This document shows, one piece after another, positions 28,583 to 38,975 of a stretch of 64,000 nucleotides of DNA. Source of the stretch: an uncultured virus (IMG/VR IMGVR_UViG_3300027793_002658) (taxonomy: Duplodnaviria; Heunggongvirae; Uroviricota; Caudoviricetes); IMG/VR virus record IMGVR_UViG_3300027793_002658. The stretch is one strand, 5' to 3'. The position numbers were made by a program, and so were the translations under genes. The stretch's first letter is position 1. Each line of letters starts with the position of its first letter. Under the pieces are notes generated by a model. It did no database searches, had not been told where the DNA came from, and saw nothing but the letters and a program-made list of their open reading frames with translations.

Positions 28583-29509
28583 ATGAAACGATACGGACTT
28601 TGCTGCATCAGCCTTACCCTACAGGATCAAGGATTCAAATCCTCCACCATGACCAAAACTCGCTTTTTGCAACTAAACCGCAAACAAGCAGAAAAAATCG
28701 TGGCAGAACGTACTCTCAACAATGTTATGGTTGCACGTAAAACCATTGAGTTTTGTGCTTCAAAAAACTGGAATTATCGCATCAGTAGTGGAATGATGCC
28801 ACTGGAAACCTTGCCAGATGTAAATCTGTTGATTGAAAATACACATAATTTCAACGGCATTCAAAACGAATTCAAACTTGCAGCATCTGCAATTAAACAA
28901 CATAATGTTCGTTGCAGTACACATCCAGATCAATTTGTTGTACCTGCATCTGCCAATCCAGCGGTTGCTGCAAAAAGTGTAATTGAACTCAATATGCACG
29001 GCAAAATGATGGATATGTTTGGTCTTAGCCAAGACTATAATAGTCCAATCAATATTCACATGAATTGTTTCAAAGGCGGCGATCTTAAAGACACTGCCAA
29101 ACGATTCATTGACGTATATAATCAATTGCAACACAATGTCAAATCTCGTCTTGTCCTTGAAAACGAAGACAAACCCAACAGTTGGAATGTAGAGCAATTG
29201 TATGAACATATTTACAGTGCCGTAAAAATTCCTATTACTTATGATAATTTGCATCATCGTTGCAACCCCGGAAAACTAACTGCTACTGAAGCTTACAAAC
29301 TTGCATATAGCACTTGGCCTACTGGAACAATTCCATTGTTTCATTTTAGCGACAGTATTCCAAATGGAGATAATCCTAGAGCACATGCAGATTATGCAAA
29401 TACACTACCGGACGAATATAATAACACAGATGTTCTAGATTTGGAACTGGAATTCAAAGCCAAAGATTTGGCTATCATGGAGTTTCAGAAGAAATATCCT
29501 TGGTATTAA
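28583..29509 (+). CDS. uvsE: UV damage endonuclease
   Basis: YGLCCI, YRISS, STHPDQF, INIH, LVLENED, TYDNLHH, HFS, AHAD and EFKAKDLA. Confidence 0.92.
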   Translation: MKRYGLCCISLTLQDQGFKSSTMTKTRFLQLNRKQAEKIVAERTLNNVMVARKTIEFCASKNWNYRISSGMMPLETLPDVNLLIENTHNFNGIQNEFKLAASAIKQHNVRCSTHPDQFVVPASANPAVAAKSVIELNMHGKMMDMFGLSQDYNSPINIHMNCFKGGDLKDTAKRFIDVYNQLQHNVKSRLVLENEDKPNSWNVEQLYEHIYSAVKIPITYDNLHHRCNPGKLTATEAYKLAYSTWPTGTIPLFHFSDSIPNGDNPRAHADYANTLPDEYNNTDVLDLELEFKAKDLAIMEFQKKYPWY

Positions 29510-29515
29510 AATAAC

Positions 29516-29544
29516 TTGCACGAATTCAATTAATGTGGCACAAT
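29516..29544 (+). promoter_or_regulatory. Sigma70-like promoter
   Basis: TTGCAC-17-CACAAT with an extended TG element. Confidence 0.45.
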
Positions 29545-29569
29545 AAACGTGTAGTTTAAAATAAAACAT

Positions 29570-29785
29570 ATGAAAACAAATAATCGTAATTACTTAATCA
29601 CAAATTCACATCGCGGATTCAAAGTCGAGCTTTCTACTGCTCGGCCTAATGCAAAACGAGCAAAGATATTAACATTAAAGACTGCTAATAAAACTCTTAA
29701 ATTGAATGGTTATCAGATCAATACTCTTAAGAAAGTTTTTGCAAAAGAAAACGCATTAAATAGTTCAAAGTCTACTATTTATTGA
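29570..29785 (+). CDS. Small basic hypothetical protein
   Basis: 71 aa ORF downstream of the promoter. Confidence 0.6.
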   Translation: MKTNNRNYLITNSHRGFKVELSTARPNAKRAKILTLKTANKTLKLNGYQINTLKKVFAKENALNSSKSTIY

Positions 29786-29790
29786 TAGTT

Positions 29791-29943
29791 ATGGGAAAAA
29801 CATATCGACGTAATTCGGAGAGAAAAATAAAAAATTTTCAAAAAGGTAAATCTAAATCAGAAAAATTTAAAACTGGTCAAGATGAACCCAAATTTTCAAA
29901 GCATTTGAAAGTATATACGGACGACGTAGATAACGAATATTAA
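29791..29943 (+). CDS. Small basic protein (50 aa, absent from the ORF track)
   Basis: MGKTYRRNSERKIKNFQKGKSKSEKFK...DDVDNEY*; preceded by TATTTAT at 29776-29782. Confidence 0.6.
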   Translation: MGKTYRRNSERKIKNFQKGKSKSEKFKTGQDEPKFSKHLKVYTDDVDNEY

Positions 29944-29956
29944 ACTGTTATATGCC

Positions 29957-30292
29957 ATGACAATAATAATTGTCATGGCATTTTATTTTATGGAAATAAT
30001 TGTTACATTAATTGTTGGTATATTTTTGTTTATTTATATCAAACGCGATATAAAAAAGATCAACGCTCGTATTGACACTGTTGAAAAATTGATTCCTGAT
30101 GCAGCGGAATATAAAAAGTATAAAGACGATGTAAAAACTTTATACCAGAACCAAACTCTGCTATTGTCTTTGGTGAACGCTGTAAGAGTTAGAATCAATA
30201 ATTTTTATGCCAAAAAGCTCAACGAACCAAGACTCAAATCCGCTGGATTTGATTCAACCAAAGAATTTGGTGAAACCCAAGACGGTGTTTGA
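29957..30292 (+). CDS. Hypothetical membrane-anchored protein
   Basis: N-terminal hydrophobic helix followed by a coiled-coil-like segment. Confidence 0.55.
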   Translation: MTIIIVMAFYFMEIIVTLIVGIFLFIYIKRDIKKINARIDTVEKLIPDAAEYKKYKDDVKTLYQNQTLLLSLVNAVRVRINNFYAKKLNEPRLKSAGFDSTKEFGETQDGV

Positions 30293-30725
30293 TCATATCA
30301 AACACATCCGTGAATCCAAGGCGCCCGACTATTATCAATCGCTAACTGAAGCTGATCAAAAAACATTTAACAAATATGTTATTTTGATGGGTTTAAGTAT
30401 GGATCAAACGGCAATTGAAGGAGTTAGTTATATATCTAAATATTTAGATATATTGCCTCCAAATGCATTTTATAAAGTATGCTGCGATGTTACTCCAAAA
30501 TCGACAAGATTTTGCAAATGGATAAAATCATCAAAGCCAAAATATAGTAAAAAGCTCATTGAGATTATCGCATCTTACTATAAAATCAGTAAAAGTGATG
30601 CATATGATTATTGCACTTCATTCTTTCGTGATGAAACACAATTGACTAATTTAATCAATTTGTGTAGTAGTGTTGGATTTAGCGAAACTCAAATTGAAAA
30701 AATGTTAGAAGGAAAAGATGAATAA
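30207..30725 (+). CDS. Clamp loader small subunit (T4 gp62-like)
   Basis: TFNKYVILMGLSM..FYKVCCDVTPKSTRFCKWIK..IASYYKISKSDAYDY resembles gp62. Confidence 0.6.
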   Translation: MPKSSTNQDSNPLDLIQPKNLVKPKTVFDHIKHIRESKAPDYYQSLTEADQKTFNKYVILMGLSMDQTAIEGVSYISKYLDILPPNAFYKVCCDVTPKSTRFCKWIKSSKPKYSKKLIEIIASYYKISKSDAYDYCTSFFRDETQLTNLINLCSSVGFSETQIEKMLEGKDE

Positions 30726-31419
30726 TAAACAAATCGTTATAGGTGTAGGCGGCGTTGCAAGAGCAGGTAAAAATCTGTTTTGTGATTTGCTGGTTAAACA
30801 ACTCAAACAACAATATAATTTACATGCACAGCATTATGCGCTGGCATATGAATTGAAAATGGATTGTCGGCAATTCATTTGGGATAAATTCAATATTGAT
30901 GTCTTTACAGAAAATACTGATGAAAAAAAGATATTTCGTGATATGTTGGTTTGGTATGGAGATGCTAAACGAAAGCAAAGCAATGGTCGCTATTGGATTG
31001 ATAAGTTAAATACCAGAATTGGAAAAGAATTTGCATGGGGCACTCCACCTATTGATGTTGCCATTATTAGTGATATTCGATATGACTTTTATGAGAATGA
31101 CGAAGTGGATTTTATTCGTAAAGAAAAGAACGGACCATTTATTCATATAAGCAAATACACATATGGATTTCCAACTGATGGACGCGTAGTAAAAGTAAGC
31201 GGACAAACTGTAAACAATACTAAAATATTTACAGATCCAGCAAATAGTCATGAAGCATTAAATGATCCTAAGTTACAGAAAAAGGCAGACTATTTATTAC
31301 AGTGGGAAGATATTGGTGTTGGCAAAAATCTGACTTATGCAGAGTTGTTAGATAATCAATATCTAAATAACACTGTTATAGAATGTCTCAAGTCAATACA
31401 ACACAAGATTATCCAATAA
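30718..31419 (+). CDS. Deoxynucleoside monophosphate kinase-like P-loop protein
   Basis: GVGGVARAGKN, LAYELK, RDMLVWYG and ISDIRY..NE. Confidence 0.75.
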   Translation: MNNKQIVIGVGGVARAGKNLFCDLLVKQLKQQYNLHAQHYALAYELKMDCRQFIWDKFNIDVFTENTDEKKIFRDMLVWYGDAKRKQSNGRYWIDKLNTRIGKEFAWGTPPIDVAIISDIRYDFYENDEVDFIRKEKNGPFIHISKYTYGFPTDGRVVKVSGQTVNNTKIFTDPANSHEALNDPKLQKKADYLLQWEDIGVGKNLTYAELLDNQYLNNTVIECLKSIQHKIIQ

Positions 31420-32117
31420 AGCTGATTGAATGCAAACAATCGTCTGAATTTAAATTATTTAGAGATACTATTGATCAGCATCATAGTTACGTAAAATATA
31501 AAGATAGTCCAACTCGCCGCTTGTCATTTCTCGTTTATGAGAGTGTAAGCGGCAATTTTATTGGTTGTATAGGATTGACCAGCGGCACATTGGCATTGAA
31601 ATGTAGAGAAGAATATATTGGATGGAACAATGATCTTAAAATGAAACATTTGCATCAAATTGCAAATAATAGTCGGTTTTGTTTAATCAAAAACAATATC
31701 ACAATAGCTAATGCTGCCAGCATGACTCTCAAATCATTACGAACAATAGGTGTTGACGCATGGAAAACAAAATATAACGATGATTTGGTGCTTTTGGAGA
31801 CTTTTATACTACCCACCAGAGAAAACCAATATATAGGGCATTCTAATCGAAATGGAGCGTGTTATAAAGCTGACAACTGGATCGAATTGGGTATGACTGA
31901 AGGTAATTCAATAAAAAAGATACCTTTGATTATGTGGAAGAAAGAAAACACTGAACGTGGTAGATTAGCCAGAGAGAATCCAGAAGAATGTATGCGGCAG
32001 TATGCGTTTTATGTCAATAACAGCGAAAAGTATGGGTACAACGTACAAAACACACAAAAGAAGCTGGTTTTTATAAAACCATTGGTAAAAAATTGGAGAG
32101 ATATATTATTAACGTGA
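31383..32117 (+). CDS. DUF4338 / Druantia DruA-like protein (Mom/GNAT-related)
   Basis: HHSYV, REEYIGW, IANNSRF, WKTKY..LVLLETFI and GACYKADNWIELGMTEG. Confidence 0.7.
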   Translation: MSQVNTTQDYPIKLIECKQSSEFKLFRDTIDQHHSYVKYKDSPTRRLSFLVYESVSGNFIGCIGLTSGTLALKCREEYIGWNNDLKMKHLHQIANNSRFCLIKNNITIANAASMTLKSLRTIGVDAWKTKYNDDLVLLETFILPTRENQYIGHSNRNGACYKADNWIELGMTEGNSIKKIPLIMWKKENTERGRLARENPEECMRQYAFYVNNSEKYGYNVQNTQKKLVFIKPLVKNWRDILLT

Positions 32118-32399
32118 CAGTGTAGCTATATAATAATTTTGATTATAATAAAATTCAATTGAATCTTGTGTTATTTTAGAAAATATTAAATCTTTTTTAG
32201 AAGGCAATATTTGCAATACAATATGCATATATTGCTGATTACAAATTTCATATTTTTGATTTTTTTGAGTTTTTTTACAACTACAAAATAAACTATATTG
32301 TATAACACATGCAACAAAATCAGCAACACTGGCATCAATATTATCCAATTGATTATCAGTCAAAAATGTTTTAAATTCTCCAATATTATTTATTCTCAT
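32109..32399 (-). CDS. Hypothetical protein
   Basis: 96 aa with a CSC motif; last gene of the minus-strand cluster. Confidence 0.6.
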   Translation of the reverse strand: MRINNIGEFKTFLTDNQLDNIDASVADFVACVIQYSLFCSCKKTQKNQKYEICNQQYMHIVLQILPSKKDLIFSKITQDSIEFYYNQNYYIATLSR

Positions 32400-32730
32400 A
32401 TCCAGTTAATTTATTATATGCCTCGTATAAATACAAACTACATATAAATATCACCGGACAGCAAATAAATGACAATTGTGCAAAAAATCCTATAATAACT
32501 GATAACCAAAACGATGTACATATTGGACATGTAATTAATCTAGTAAAAAAATTATTATAATTTACTAGTAAAAATGTATGATATGATATCGTACAATCTT
32601 TTTCTTTGGCAATTAGATATTCTTTTACTTTTACGTAAGGCAAATGTATTAGTTTCGCGTATTCTACAAATGCTTCTGTATTGAACCAAATTAATAATAT
32701 TGAAGTTATTAAAAATATTGCAAATAACAT
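32386..32730 (-). CDS. Small membrane protein (DUF1360-like)
   Basis: Hydrophobic segments and LITCPICTSFW. Confidence 0.6.
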   Translation of the reverse strand: MLFAIFLITSILLIWFNTEAFVEYAKLIHLPYVKVKEYLIAKEKDCTISYHTFLLVNYNNFFTRLITCPICTSFWLSVIIGFFAQLSFICCPVIFICSLYLYEAYNKLTGYENK

Positions 32731-32734
32731 ATCT

Positions 32735-33535
32735 TTAAAAAGTTATTCCATTTACAAATTTTTCCATTGGTTTATGCGAATTGGTTTTAGGATGTCTGGT
32801 TGCATGAAATCCCCACTTATAATAAAATATTTCTGCTGCATTTCTTTCGCTTTCATTAAATTTATCTCGCTCACTTCCATTTTTAGTTGAAACACTTCCG
32901 AAGTGATAGAAATTAAGTTTACGACTTCTTAAGAATTTTTTATTTATAAGTTCTAGTTTAAGAAAGAAATCCCAATCGCATATAAATGGACTGTTGAAGA
33001 TTGTATCAAATCCCCCAACTGTCATGTAATCTTTCTTAGTCATAAAAAACGGGAATATTTCCCCGTCTTGTGTTAACTGATTGGATCTATATGATGGTTC
33101 TTTTTCGCTAAATTCTTTATATCTAAAATTATCTGGTCCGCCAAAATCTCCAATTCCAAAATTAAATATGCTAGGATTTCGTTCAATTTGATTAGGCGTT
33201 ATGATTGTATCATGATGAAAATCTTCAAGTAAAATTTTGTCCCATTCTACCGGAAACACATTGTCGTCGTTAACAATTAATATTTTCTCGTTTGTTGCAT
33301 GAAAAACTCCAACGTTTAATGCTTGTTGCATTCCTTGATTTTCTTCAAATTCATAAAATTGTACATTTGTATTGTTGTACTTCTTTTTTAAGGAAGTATA
33401 TTGTTCCGCAAATCCATCTAATACAACAATATATTGATTTTTGTTTGTTTCTCCTAATAATCCAGAATCCAAACAAATCTCAAGACATTTTGGATTTTTA
33501 TATGAAGGAATGATGATTGAAATTTGATTGTTCAT
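32735..33535 (-). CDS. Glycosyltransferase family 2
   Basis: ISIIIPSY, VLDG, ALNVG, VNDDNVF, GGFD and DWDF. Confidence 0.85.
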   Translation of the reverse strand: MNNQISIIIPSYKNPKCLEICLDSGLLGETNKNQYIVVLDGFAEQYTSLKKKYNNTNVQFYEFEENQGMQQALNVGVFHATNEKILIVNDDNVFPVEWDKILLEDFHHDTIITPNQIERNPSIFNFGIGDFGGPDNFRYKEFSEKEPSYRSNQLTQDGEIFPFFMTKKDYMTVGGFDTIFNSPFICDWDFFLKLELINKKFLRSRKLNFYHFGSVSTKNGSERDKFNESERNAAEIFYYKWGFHATRHPKTNSHKPMEKFVNGITF

Positions 33536-34245
33536 AATTTATTTAATATTTCAAATTCTTTTGACCAATTAACAACAGGTGACATATATTCGTTTTCACA
33601 ATGAGTTGAATAACCGGGTATAGAAGACACCAAATTAGATCCATTTTGCCAAAGATTAATAAATTTATCATGATCTCTTGTATATCCCTTTACTAAATCA
33701 CAGTATTGTGTATGCATATCATAATGTTTTTTAAACGTTGAAAATAACATTGCATATGTGTTTGTAGTTGATGGCGTAGTTCTCCAATGAGATAATTTAG
33801 TTGGATAAATAGAAGACTGTAGAGTGGAATACGCTTCATAAATATATTTATCATTGTGATCATACAATGTAAAATAATCTGCGCTTAAATTTTCAAATCC
33901 ATCTATTAAAATATCTACCCAGCCTTGTCGATGAAAATAGTCATCTTCTACAAAGTATATAATATCATTTGCATTATACGGTTGTGCGATTGTATATTCA
34001 AGTAAATTTAAAAAACTTTTTCCGTCGTTTCCGCCTTTTTTTTCTACAATATTACATCGATTTTCATTGTTTAAAAAGTGCTTACTTACATCACCATCAA
34101 ACAAAACCGTTACATCAACTCTATTATCAATGGAGTTTAATAGACAATTAAAAATCTTTTCTTTGTCAAACCAACTCGGTCTATTTTTTTTATTCGCACT
34201 ATTTGCCGAAAAATTACAATGTCTAATTAATAACTTAATATTCAT
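33532..34245 (-). CDS. Glycosyltransferase-like protein (GT-A)
   Basis: YFVEDDYFH, YDHNDKY and STTNT. Confidence 0.6.
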   Translation of the reverse strand: MNIKLLIRHCNFSANSANKKNRPSWFDKEKIFNCLLNSIDNRVDVTVLFDGDVSKHFLNNENRCNIVEKKGGNDGKSFLNLLEYTIAQPYNANDIIYFVEDDYFHRQGWVDILIDGFENLSADYFTLYDHNDKYIYEAYSTLQSSIYPTKLSHWRTTPSTTNTYAMLFSTFKKHYDMHTQYCDLVKGYTRDHDKFINLWQNGSNLVSSIPGYSTHCENEYMSPVVNWSKEFEILNKL

Positions 34246-34301
34246 AATTATTTATTTTTTTAATAAGAATGCACGTCTTTATCTAGTTTATTTATTAAAA
34301 T

Positions 34302-35009
34302 TTATTTTTTTATAATATAACATCCAGTAGGAAATCCAGAATCATCAAACGTATACTTACTATTTAAATATAATTTGTCATGTGTTATAGGATGTAAGAT
34401 ATAATAATCAATATTATATTTTGTAAAAAATGTTTTGATTGCGTCTAAGCTTTCAGTTAAATTCGAATCATCAAAAATAATACATCCACCGGGCTGAACT
34501 TTATTATACATTTCATCTAATACTTCTAAAGTCGCAGAAAATGAATCCACATCAATTCTAAGTAACGCTAATTTTTCAATATTAGCACTGGGTAATGTGT
34601 CTTTTACAAATCCTTTTAAAAACGTAATTCTGGAATTATTTTGCAATCCATATTTTTCAAAATTAAATTTTACTTCTTCTAAACTAATTCCCATTGGGCC
34701 ATTTGCACAATGAGTATAAGCAGGAGTATGTCGTTCATTTAAATATTTATATCTTGCCATTTCAAGCGGTTGAAATCCTTGAAATGAATCGCTTACCCAA
34801 ATATTTCTATCATTAAACAAATAACTTAAAAATATTGAAACTCCACCTCTCCAAACTCCACATTCTAATATATCACCTTCAATTAATGAAATTTGCGGAT
34901 ATAAAGTTAAAATAGTTTTCATTATATTTGGATGTACCATAGTTATATTATTTAGGTAGAGATCATTAATTAATTCTTCGTAACTGTTTATTTTTTTTGT
35001 AATAGTCAT
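34302..35009 (-). CDS. TylF/MycF/NovP-family sugar O-methyltransferase
   Basis: GDILECGVWRGG, DSFQG, KGFVKDTL, LLRIDVD and GGCIIFDD. Confidence 0.88.
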   Translation of the reverse strand: MTITKKINSYEELINDLYLNNITMVHPNIMKTILTLYPQISLIEGDILECGVWRGGVSIFLSYLFNDRNIWVSDSFQGFQPLEMARYKYLNERHTPAYTHCANGPMGISLEEVKFNFEKYGLQNNSRITFLKGFVKDTLPSANIEKLALLRIDVDSFSATLEVLDEMYNKVQPGGCIIFDDSNLTESLDAIKTFFTKYNIDYYILHPITHDKLYLNSKYTFDDSGFPTGCYIIKK

Positions 35010-35011
35010 AA

Positions 35012-36007
35012 TTATTTAATTTTCCAATAAGAATAAATTCCTTTATCTAACTCAAATCGATCCCATTCAAATCGTTTTCTAGGTGGTTGTTGTTTTGCCC
35101 AATTCCACATAGTAGTTATTCCTTGTTCCAATGTATGATTTTCTTCATAACCAAGAATGTCCACTGATTTTTGCCATGTCACATATGCATTCTTTACTTC
35201 ATGACGTGCTTCTTTAAAAGCAATATCTCCTCCACCAACAACTTTTTGCAAAATTTCGCATGCATCTTTGATACGGGTATGATGTTTACCCCCAACGTTC
35301 ACAATTTGCTTTGATGCACCGGGGAGAACGGCGGCATTCCAAAATGCAGGTAAACTATCATCTATGAAGCTAAAAGCTCTAGTTTGTAAGCCGTCGCCAA
35401 ATATAGTCATAGGTTCATTATTCATATATTGATACATCCAAATACCAAGAACATTACGATATTTATCCCAAATGTTTTGCTTTGCCCCATATACATTGTG
35501 TGGACGTAAAATACACCAGTCAAGTCCATGTTGTTCTCCTGCTATTTTGATATCTAATTCACATGCATACTTACTAACTCCATATGGATCGACCGGGCAA
35601 GGTATTAATGTTTCGTCAAATGGAGGATTTTGATCACCATAAACTGCTAATGTAGAAGTAAATATTAGTCGTTTTACAGAAAATTTGATGCAATTATTTA
35701 CTATATCTGAAGTTGCGACCAAGTTGTTTTGATAATTATATTTTCTGATGAATGGACTTAAACATTCAGCCGCATATGCTGCAAAATGAAATACATATTC
35801 TGGTTGATATTGTTGAAAAATATCTTCGATATACGAAGTACCTAATTGTCTAGTAAATAACAATACTTTTTTATTGACATTCTCAATATATCCACCGCTG
35901 AAATCATCTATTCCAATTACTTTATAATCTGGATGATTTTCAACAATATAATCTGCTAAACGACTTCCTAATAAACCTCCTACACCTGTAATAATAATGC
36001 TTTTCAT
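35012..36007 (-). CDS. NAD-dependent nucleotide-sugar epimerase/dehydratase
   Basis: TGVGGLLG, YGVSK, RPHNVYG and FGDGLQTRAF. Confidence 0.9.
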   Translation of the reverse strand: MKSIIITGVGGLLGSRLADYIVENHPDYKVIGIDDFSGGYIENVNKKVLLFTRQLGTSYIEDIFQQYQPEYVFHFAAYAAECLSPFIRKYNYQNNLVATSDIVNNCIKFSVKRLIFTSTLAVYGDQNPPFDETLIPCPVDPYGVSKYACELDIKIAGEQHGLDWCILRPHNVYGAKQNIWDKYRNVLGIWMYQYMNNEPMTIFGDGLQTRAFSFIDDSLPAFWNAAVLPGASKQIVNVGGKHHTRIKDACEILQKVVGGGDIAFKEARHEVKNAYVTWQKSVDILGYEENHTLEQGITTMWNWAKQQPPRKRFEWDRFELDKGIYSYWKIK

Positions 36008-36077
36008 AAATTTTTTAAAATATCAGAATAATTAATATCTTGAATACATAGACATTTTAACTAACGAAACTTTTTTT

Positions 36078-37217
36078 TTATTTTTTTCTCTGAATAATTG
36101 TTAATCCGTTGTTATTATCAAATTTTTCTAATAATTCCCATGTGTCGCTATTATTTTGTAAAAATTCTTGTATTGCTGGCCAAATTCCACGCCCTGATAT
36201 GTTTGAAAGAGTTTCTGAGTGTTCTGATGTCAATGGTTCGTCTCTAAATGCATATGTTGTCGTGTCATGAAAAACAATATATTTATTTACTTTATTTGCA
36301 TGTAATGCAAGTTCATTTTTAACTTGTTCATACGTATGCCATGTATCAAGAAACAACAAATCAGTTTGTTCAATGTCTATTTTTAGTACATCAGCTTCTA
36401 CAAATGTAAAATCAAGATTATAATAAGCGGCAACGTCAAAAACATTTTGAATGTTTCCTCCCCATCTTGAAGGATTGTGTAAATCGTAACTGATTAATTT
36501 TTTTGGAGCAGACCCTAAAAATGCCCATGTCGATTGTACTGCACGGACACCCATTTCTGTAATATGACTACACTCGGATGCGTATTTTATGAGAGTTGGA
36601 ATATGTTCGTTGATGTCAGATGGAGTCGAATAAATCGTATTAATTATATTTTCTAAATTATACATAGTTTTGTTTTTTATGTTATCTATAGTTTTAAATA
36701 GCAAGCTAAAATTATTAGAGCACAATAATGGTGATATTTCATCCACATATTTTTCTTCCAATTCCCACCATTTGTATTTTAATAATTTATCAATTATATC
36801 TTTTTCAAATCTGTACTTTATTAGTTTGGCAGGATTTCCACCAACAACTGTATATGGTGGAACATCTTTAGTTACTACCGAATTACATGCGATACATGCG
36901 CCATCTCCAATTGTAACTCCACTCATAATTGTTACATGAGTTCCTATCCAAACATCGTTGCCTATCTTTACATTTCCTTTGGTACTCGGATGTCCTTGTC
37001 CGTTATACTTTTTAAATGTATCAGTAGCTACATGTCCAAATGGATATGTAGTAGCCCAATCGATTCGATGATTTCCTCCTAAATATACTAAAATATGCCC
37101 TGAGATTGAACAATAATCGCCTATATCAAGCCATGTATTTTCTCCCCAATAATAAATTTCAATATTTTGATGTCCGTATGTGTGTTTTCCCACACTTCTA
37201 ATACGATGTGTATTCAT
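36078..37217 (-). CDS. Fused hexapeptide O-acetyltransferase (CatB/Vat-like) and SAM methyltransferase
   Basis: N-terminal [34 protein letters not shown]-terminal SDINEH, EMGVR, LFLDTWH and FHDT. Confidence 0.85.
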   Translation of the reverse strand: MNTHRIRSVGKHTYGHQNIEIYYWGENTWLDIGDYCSISGHILVYLGGNHRIDWATTYPFGHVATDTFKKYNGQGHPSTKGNVKIGNDVWIGTHVTIMSGVTIGDGACIACNSVVTKDVPPYTVVGGNPAKLIKYRFEKDIIDKLLKYKWWELEEKYVDEISPLLCSNNFSLLFKTIDNIKNKTMYNLENIINTIYSTPSDINEHIPTLIKYASECSHITEMGVRAVQSTWAFLGSAPKKLISYDLHNPSRWGGNIQNVFDVAAYYNLDFTFVEADVLKIDIEQTDLLFLDTWHTYEQVKNELALHANKVNKYIVFHDTTTYAFRDEPLTSEHSETLSNISGRGIWPAIQEFLQNNSDTWELLEKFDNNNGLTIIQRKK

Positions 37218-38158
37218 AAAATTTTATTTTGTTTTGCATAAGATACCCAACGTGTTAAATACTCGCCGATATTCTTTTCAATTTCAGCACGTTGTTTATT
37301 AGCATCTATTTTTGTTTTAATAAATTTTTTATAAGACGTTTTTAATTTGCCATATCCACCGTATTCAATGTCATTTTTTAATACTCCGGTGTCGTAAAAC
37401 CATATCAATTGATTTTCTAATAAATATTCGCATACATTTACACCGTTGTCTTTTGCATATTGACATACATGTAATGAGTATAAATCCCATGGTCCGTATC
37501 CATGCCATTCATCCAAAATAGGCACAAACTTTTCAATAAAATTTTTGTTATATAAATCAAACCATCCTGCAAATTTAAAATTATTTAATTTTCTGATTGC
37601 AGGTTCTGCCGTTAAATTTACAAACTGATGTTCTATTTCGTGTATGTCAATATCTATACATTTGGATGTTGGTATTGTATTTAAAAACGCCGGATGTACT
37701 AATTCATCCCAGCTATTATCCCAGCATTTAAATATCTGTGGAGTAATCAAATAATAATCATCAGTAATTGTTTTTGCAGCAGCTATCAAATAAAAAATCA
37801 AATGTTCATGAAAACTAATATCTGGACAAATATAAACGTATGCGTCTATATGAGATTCAATGGCTTCTTTTTGTAAATCAAGATGGCCATATACAGCATT
37901 CCCATCATAAATTTTAGATCTAATTGTTGTTTTAGTTTTTAACATTTCAATGATTACATTGTATTTTTCTATAAAAAAATCTTTTTTTAATATTGAACTG
38001 TCCCAGTCTATAATACTAGAAGACAAATTTAATACCATATCTATGTAAATATGGTCTGTATTTTCTATGTAATAGAGGCTTTTTTTTAATTTATCAGCAA
38101 GTAATAGAGCATGATCAATTTCCCAAGGCATGAAATGTGTAATAATTTTAATATTCAT
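37214..38158 (-). CDS. Putative glycosyltransferase
   Basis: ICPDISF, WDNSWD, FAGWF and GYGPWD; cluster context. Confidence 0.5.
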   Translation of the reverse strand: MNIKIITHFMPWEIDHALLLADKLKKSLYYIENTDHIYIDMVLNLSSSIIDWDSSILKKDFFIEKYNVIIEMLKTKTTIRSKIYDGNAVYGHLDLQKEAIESHIDAYVYICPDISFHEHLIFYLIAAAKTITDDYYLITPQIFKCWDNSWDELVHPAFLNTIPTSKCIDIDIHEIEHQFVNLTAEPAIRKLNNFKFAGWFDLYNKNFIEKFVPILDEWHGYGPWDLYSLHVCQYAKDNGVNVCEYLLENQLIWFYDTGVLKNDIEYGGYGKLKTSYKKFIKTKIDANKQRAEIEKNIGEYLTRWVSYAKQNKIL

Positions 38159-38975
38159 ATAATTTTGTATAACAATTATTTATTCCATTAAATAACCCAG
38201 TCAATTGCAAATTTAAAGATTTTAGTTTTGTTCCGTCGCCTGTATAAGATAAATCCATGCCTGTATTCAACACATTAATTTTAATTTTTTTACCTGACAA
38301 GTTATTAATATAAGTTGCTAATTCAGATAATTTGTATTTATTTTCATATACCATATTAATGTCATTTGTATAAATTGACTGATTTAATATAAATTCGACG
38401 ATTTTTGATAAATCGTCTGTGTAAATAAAATCCATATATCTATCTTTATGGATAATCATTTCCGTATTATTAATATATGCATTGATGTTATTTTTTATGA
38501 ATCTTGATTGAAGTTCATTATAATTAAAACAGCCAAATAATCTTAAATTTGTTCCATTATTTTGAAGTACGCTTTTTGCTATAATGTTTTTTGAAAGTCC
38601 ATAAAAGTCAGTCGGCACATTACTAAACAGTTGCTCTTCATTATATTGATTAATATCATTGCGGCGATCAAATTCAGCACCCGATGCAATATTAATAAAA
38701 TGTTTTACCCTATATCTAAAATGAATAAGATTTTCATACATCAATAAATTGTTATAAAACACTGAGGCGGGATCGACTGCTGTTCGATTGCCTCCTTCTA
38801 TTGCACAATGAATTATACTGTCAATTTTATTTTCATTTAGATATTTTTCAATACTAGAAATTGAATACAAATCAATTGTTTGTCTAGTTCCTCTAAAAAA
38901 ACAAAATTTGTTGGATAGCATATTTATTATATTCGATCCAACAAATCCGTTAGCTCCTGTTATTAAAACATTCAT
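38148..38975 (-). CDS. NAD-dependent epimerase/reductase (SDR)
   Basis: ITGANGFVG, SGAEFD and YGLSK. Confidence 0.85.
   Translation of the reverse strand: MNVLITGANGFVGSNIINMLSNKFCFFRGTRQTIDLYSISSIEKYLNENKIDSIIHCAIEGGNRTAVDPASVFYNNLLMYENLIHFRYRVKHFINIASGAEFDRRNDINQYNEEQLFSNVPTDFYGLSKNIIAKSVLQNNGTNLRLFGCFNYNELQSRFIKNNINAYINNTEMIIHKDRYMDFIYTDDLSKIVEFILNQSIYTNDINMVYENKYKLSELATYINNLSGKKIKINVLNTGMDLSYTGDGTKLKSLNLQLTGLFNGINNCYTKLYEY

Noticed and set aside
36660..37217. CatB/Vat antibiotic resistance gene
   Set aside because: It is fused to a methyltransferase inside a glycan cluster, so sugar O-acetylation is more plausible.
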